From NCBI GenBank assembly GCA_048940645.1, contig JBHLOI010000082.1, positions 1-11,957 of the forward strand: a DNA stretch of 11,957 nucleotides, written 5' to 3'. A model generated the notes under the pieces. The model ran no database searches, was not told the origin of the DNA, and saw only the letters and a list, made by a program, of their open reading frames with translations. Of this stretch, positions 8,138-11,957 are shown in pieces (the stretch's first letter is position 1; each line of letters begins with the position of its first letter). The position numbers were made by a program, and so were the translations under genes. The DNA comes from Promethearchaeota archaeon. Its GTDB lineage: Archaea > Asgardarchaeota > Lokiarchaeia > Sigyniarchaeales > SOKP01.

Positions 8138-8647
8138 TTATTCGAGGAATCTCAATACCTCTTTCATAAAATCCGGCAAATCATCTGGTTTTCGAGATGT
8201 TATTAAATTATCGTCAACAACAACGGAATTGTCTTCGAATTTTGCACCTGCGTTTATCATATCGTCTTTGATTGCAAAATAACTTGTCGCTTTACGATCC
8301 TTTACAATTTTAGCAGAAATAAGAACCCATCCTGCATGACAAATTGCACCAACTAACTTGTTTTGATCATTAATTTTAACAACAAAATCTAATACCTCTT
8401 TTTCCCTTCTTAAATAGTCAGGATTTTTAGTGCCCCCTGGAATAATTACACCGTCGTAATCATCAGCATTCGCTTCTCTAACTAATTTATCTGGTTTCAA
8501 AGGATATCCATGTTTTCCTTTTATTTCTCTTCTATATAAACTAATTAATTCTGTATCAAAACCTGCTTCTTTCAACCTTATTTTGGGATATAACAATTCC
8601 GCATCTTCAAAACCATCAGTTGCAAGAATAGCAATTTTTTTAACCAT
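8138..8647 (-). CDS. pfpI: PfpI/DJ-1 family protein (type 1 glutamine amidotransferase-like; protease/deglycase/glyoxalase III)
   Basis: 'DGFEDAEL.YP', 'YDGVIIPGG', nucleophile elbow 'AICHAG', 'VVVDDNLITSR.PDDL'. Confidence 0.93.
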   Translation of the reverse strand: MVKKIAILATDGFEDAELLYPKIRLKEAGFDTELISLYRREIKGKHGYPLKPDKLVREANADDYDGVIIPGGTKNPDYLRREKEVLDFVVKINDQNKLVGAICHAGWVLISAKIVKDRKATSYFAIKDDMINAGAKFEDNSVVVDDNLITSRKPDDLPDFMKEVLRFLE

Positions 8648-8656
8648 TTTTTCAAA

Positions 8657-8663
8657 ACCTCAC
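8657..8663 (-). promoter_or_regulatory. Shine-Dalgarno-like site of pfpI
   Basis: Minus strand reads GTGAGGT, 9 nt upstream of the ATG at 8647. Confidence 0.55.
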
Positions 8664-8750
8664 TTAAGTAATCATTATAATTTTAACTGTATCTAAATAT
8701 TTTATAATTTGGGTTATAATTTATTATCTTTTAGTTATATTAAGTTAATT

Positions 8751-9386
8751 TCATAAAATAAAATTTAAAAATCCTATATAAACGACAATTAAGGAGATAA
8801 TTATTAATAAATAATTATATGGAGGGGAAAATAGGCGAAATGGAACTTTTTTTCTATATTCAAGGTATTCTTCCCCAAAATTAGGGATAAGAATAAATTT
8901 TTCTTCTAAGATACAATGGATTTCTAGAAGTACAGTAAGAATTGGGTTAAAGAGGATTGCTAAGAAAGAATCAAAAGAAAAACTAAAACCCATGAATATT
9001 AACGACCAAGATAAATAAACAGGATGTCGAATCACTGAGTAGATACCGCTTTTTATTAATTTTGATTCCTTAACATTAATTCCTTTATAACTTTTCATTG
9101 CCATTGAAGCAATTCTGATGCCAATAATGACAATAATAATTCCTAAAATTAAAAACCAAATCCAAATTTCTTGAAAGTAGCTGATATTTTCATTAAAAAT
9201 AAATTGCAATAAGCTAGAATTAATGATTAATATTGGTATTAGAGAAAATATCCAGAAGATTGGAAATACTTTTTCATATAATCTCTTTATTTTTGAATGA
9301 GGATCCTTAATTTTGATGAAAATCATCCAGTACAATATTAGATTAAATGAAAATAATATTTCAAGGATGATAGTAAGAACTATCAA
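8751..9386 (-). CDS. Isoprenylcysteine carboxyl methyltransferase (ICMT)/PEMT-family integral membrane methyltransferase
   Basis: 'LIKSGIYSVIRHPVYL' and 'EE..L...FGEEY.EYRKKVP' signature motifs, several TM segments and an extra hydrophobic C-terminal segment. The TTG start is uncertain. Confidence 0.88.
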   Translation of the reverse strand: MIVLTIILEILFSFNLILYWMIFIKIKDPHSKIKRLYEKVFPIFWIFSLIPILIINSSLLQFIFNENISYFQEIWIWFLILGIIIVIIGIRIASMAMKSYKGINVKESKLIKSGIYSVIRHPVYLSWSLIFMGFSFSFDSFLAILFNPILTVLLEIHCILEEKFILIPNFGEEYLEYRKKVPFRLFSPPYNYLLIIISLIVVYIGFLNFIL

Positions 9387-9490
9387 AACAAATGCCCTAT
9401 TTTTGATTTTTTATTTTTAAATTTTTGAGTGATTTAATGAATCTTTAATTCTTCTTAAATTTTTAATTCATAAAAGAAGCTTCGTAAGGG

Positions 9491-9510
9491 AAAAAAAATA
9501 AAAAATAAAA
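9491..9510 (-). terminator. Candidate oligo-T terminator of the 704-aa gene
   Basis: Minus strand reads TTTTATTTTTTATTTTTTTT about 30-50 nt after the stop codon, consistent with archaeal U-tract termination. Confidence 0.4.
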
Positions 9511-9538
9511 TGAAATTTAAATAATACATAATAAAATT

Positions 9539-11653
9539 CTAGGCATATTTTTCTCTAAATTCCTTTAATTTAGTTAATACTTCATCCCTCAATGAACCAA
9601 CAATAACTTTTTCTGCTAAACTTATTCTTATTTCCCTAGCAAATTGCATAAATTGGTACAAGACAGGACCAGGAGGAATTTTGTCTCTTATTCCTTCAAT
9701 AAAATTACCTAATTTATTCCCAGTTATCGATTGATCTATCATATTAAAGATGGTATTAAATAATTCATGAATTACTGCTTTCTTTTCTATGCTTATCTCA
9801 CTGACTTTTGTTTCATTAATAGAAGACGAGTCTAATTTTTGACTTAATGCCTCTGAGGTTTGACCTAGGCCCTCTCTGCCTTGAACAATAACTTCAGGCT
9901 CATACCTTGGATATTCTCCTTGACCTGAACAGCTATAATTGAGAATAAATGAATCACTTCCTTTTAATTCGACTATTTTAACTTTTAGTTCTGATTCTTC
10001 TCCTAATTGATTAACTTCATAAGCATCGACCTCGATTTGTGATAAATTGAAACCTTTAGGAATTTTATCTTTTACTATAATATTTTCCAATTCTACATTT
10101 CCTTTATTCTGGATACGAACAGAAACAGAAAATTCTCCTTCAGATGCTCCAGGTTTAATACTTTTAAGGGTTTTTAATTTACGCTTTACATATTTAACCT
10201 TTATTTCGGGTTCATCTATAGGCTCATCTATGTAATACTTTCCCTCTACGGGGCTATTAACTTCTATTTTTACTGGTGTTTTATATAATGTCTCAGTAGG
10301 AGGTCTTGGATTTTTCGCAACCAAAGGGTATTGTATAATTAATTTAGAATTTGGTAGGAATTGATCTGATAAATTAAAAAGCTCAATAGTAATTGTATGT
10401 TGTTTTTCAGGGTTCTGATCACTAGGATTAATCTCAATTTTATTAGTAAAATCTGTTCTTGAACTAATATCTATGTCATGCAAATTTATTGTGATTTGAC
10501 TAAGTAAGGGGCAAACAAAGTCTTGAGGAATATTATCTATGATTCTTATAGATTTAATAATAGAACTCCCGTTATTAGCGATTATACTTTTAATTTGAAT
10601 ATCAGTATTAGCGTACGCATCAACTTCTGGTGGATTTATAACTTTTTCTATAGCTGCACTTAACACAGGATAAACAGTAGATTCTTTATTTATTTCCCCA
10701 AAAACTCTGGTTATAACTACAAATAATGGAGTGAATTCGATGGATGAGCTTAGTTCAGGAACATCTTTTGATTCAACTTGGAAATTAAATGACCACGATT
10801 GTTCAGGATTTAATAATCGATTAGGTGTTTGAGATACTACAGTTTCTGTTCCAGTAATTATTTTATGCATCACTTTTACATCTTCTAATTTTACTTGAAA
10901 TTCTGACTCATTTATGAATTCAACTTCACAATCCCAGGACCCAGGTTGAGCTCCTTCATCTCTGTCAATTCCACTCATTGAATCTGTAAGCCCACGAATT
11001 TCTGGATTTAATAAACTTAACTTATAATTATTAATTAAGTAAGAGATATTTAATATACCAAGGGCTTTCTTCTCTTTATCTTTAACATTAACACTGCAAA
11101 AGACAGTTAGTTCAGCGGTTTGGTTACCATCTAAATTTACAATGACCCACTCTAGGGTTCTGCTTTCTAGTTCTTCCTTTACTCCAGCAATTCCTACGTT
11201 TGGTGCCTTAATTTCAATATTTTGGAGGAAATTAGGGATTTCCCGACTTAATTTAATATTTGATATTGGTATTTCTAAAGGATTAGTTAATGTAATTTTT
11301 ATACTACTTTTATTTTCACTTTCAAAAAGAAAAACATTGTTTAGTTTATCATTAATATCTCTATTTGTATCAAATGTTTCATTAACAATCAATGAAGATT
11401 GTTTTAAATTTTGCACCTCATAATTTTTATTATATTCTTGTGAAGGATTAAGTATTCCAACATTAAGTTCTCTTGAATCTATTGTTGTATCAACAATTTC
11501 CTTTAAATCACACATTAAGTTCCAGAGTCTACTTTTACTTGAGGGATTTTTTACTGATAAATTTCCAGTACCTTTAATTTCCTTAAGATTTAGAGAACCA
11601 TCTACTACTAATTTCTCGTTTTCAGTTATATCTATAATAATTAAATCAGACAT
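9539..11653 (-). CDS. Large cytoplasmic multi-beta-sandwich protein (mu-homology-like N-terminus, DUF11-like Ig domains, C-terminal helical bundle)
   Basis: 704 aa, no signal peptide or TM. About five repeats of a '(V/I)x(I/L)xN....(L/I)xN(I/V)x(V/L)xDxIP ... L.P.....(Y/F)' pattern, then a Ser/Glu-rich linker (aa ~593-621) and a helical tail (aa ~622-704). Confidence 0.8.
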   Translation of the reverse strand: MSDLIIIDITENEKLVVDGSLNLKEIKGTGNLSVKNPSSKSRLWNLMCDLKEIVDTTIDSRELNVGILNPSQEYNKNYEVQNLKQSSLIVNETFDTNRDINDKLNNVFLFESENKSSIKITLTNPLEIPISNIKLSREIPNFLQNIEIKAPNVGIAGVKEELESRTLEWVIVNLDGNQTAELTVFCSVNVKDKEKKALGILNISYLINNYKLSLLNPEIRGLTDSMSGIDRDEGAQPGSWDCEVEFINESEFQVKLEDVKVMHKIITGTETVVSQTPNRLLNPEQSWSFNFQVESKDVPELSSSIEFTPLFVVITRVFGEINKESTVYPVLSAAIEKVINPPEVDAYANTDIQIKSIIANNGSSIIKSIRIIDNIPQDFVCPLLSQITINLHDIDISSRTDFTNKIEINPSDQNPEKQHTITIELFNLSDQFLPNSKLIIQYPLVAKNPRPPTETLYKTPVKIEVNSPVEGKYYIDEPIDEPEIKVKYVKRKLKTLKSIKPGASEGEFSVSVRIQNKGNVELENIIVKDKIPKGFNLSQIEVDAYEVNQLGEESELKVKIVELKGSDSFILNYSCSGQGEYPRYEPEVIVQGREGLGQTSEALSQKLDSSSINETKVSEISIEKKAVIHELFNTIFNMIDQSITGNKLGNFIEGIRDKIPPGPVLYQFMQFAREIRISLAEKVIVGSLRDEVLTKLKEFREKYA

Positions 11654-11710
11654 TTTAATGACCTGATATTTTTTGGTTTTGTATAATGGCTAAATAATAA
11701 AAAGAGAGAC

Positions 11711-11725
11711 TTTTTAAATATAAAT
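11711..11725. promoter_or_regulatory. Candidate overlapping TATA boxes for the divergent 704-aa and Cys-cluster genes
   Basis: Plus strand TTTAAATA (11713-11720) preceded by purine-rich AAAGAGAGAC (BRE-like), about 37 nt before ATG 11757; minus strand TTTATATT overlaps it. Confidence 0.35.
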
Positions 11726-11756
11726 TTTAGGAAATAATGATCTTTTAATATTTTAT

Positions 11757-11957
11757 ATGGATTATTATATTAAATTGGTTCCACAAAACAATAATTATTT
11801 CTGGTACGTTATCGAAACTTTTAATAGATTAATGCGATCTGCCATTAAGGGACCTGATTGTACTAATCTTAATAATTGCGATGGTGCCTGTTGTTCTATA
11901 AAAATTGATGTTCCTAAAGTTTTAGCAGAGGAATATATTAAAAGAAATTATGCAACT
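11757..11957 (+). CDS. 5' end (partial) of a YkgJ-like (CxxCxxCC) cysteine-cluster protein
   Basis: Not in the ORF track. ATG 11757 is open to the window end: MDYYIKLVPQNNNYFWYVIETFNRLMRSAIKGPDCTNLNNCDGACCSIKIDVPKVLAEEYIKRNYAT, containing C-x5-C-x3-CC. Confidence 0.65.
   Translation, partial: MDYYIKLVPQNNNYFWYVIETFNRLMRSAIKGPDCTNLNNCDGACCSIKIDVPKVLAEEYIKRNYAT

Noticed and set aside
8751-9386. ICMT-like gene as evidence of a eukaryote-type CaaX prenylation pathway
   Set aside because: The family is widespread in prokaryotes, no complete protein called here ends in a CaaX motif, and no prenyltransferase is present in the window.
10047-11423. Plus-strand ORFs 10047..10235 and 11142..11423
   Set aside because: Antisense shadows of the 704-aa gene.
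1-11957. CRISPR array, tRNA/rRNA genes, IS or provirus
   Set aside because: Intergenic gaps are short and very AT-rich, with no spaced direct repeats, GC-rich structured RNA, transposase or integrase visible.

Overview
Gene-dense, strongly AT-rich prokaryotic window with no RNA genes, CRISPR array or mobile element that I can see. Gene content and style suggest an archaeon, probably Asgard/Lokiarchaeia (inference only). In order: 3' end of a Trm5/Taw2-family tRNA-modifying enzyme; an orphan 7-TM membrane protein; an MFS transporter; a cytoplasmic IFT52-like GIFT-domain protein with RHH-like and SAP/HeH-like motifs; a Trm11/TrmG10-like methyltransferase; endonuclease III; a rhomboid protease; a PIMT-like protein with degenerate SAM motifs and a long helical tail; a PfpI/DJ-1 protein; an ICMT/PEMT-family membrane methyltransferase; a 704-aa cytoplasmic multi-beta-sandwich protein; and the 5' end of a Cys-cluster (YkgJ-like) protein. 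The best candidates for new biology are the 704-aa protein (N-terminus follows the strand order of the mu-homology domain of vesicle-coat adaptors, C-terminus resembles a Vps28-CTD four-helix bundle), the IFT52-like fusion protein and the putative pseudo-PIMT. All family assignments come from motif recognition by eye; no searches were run.
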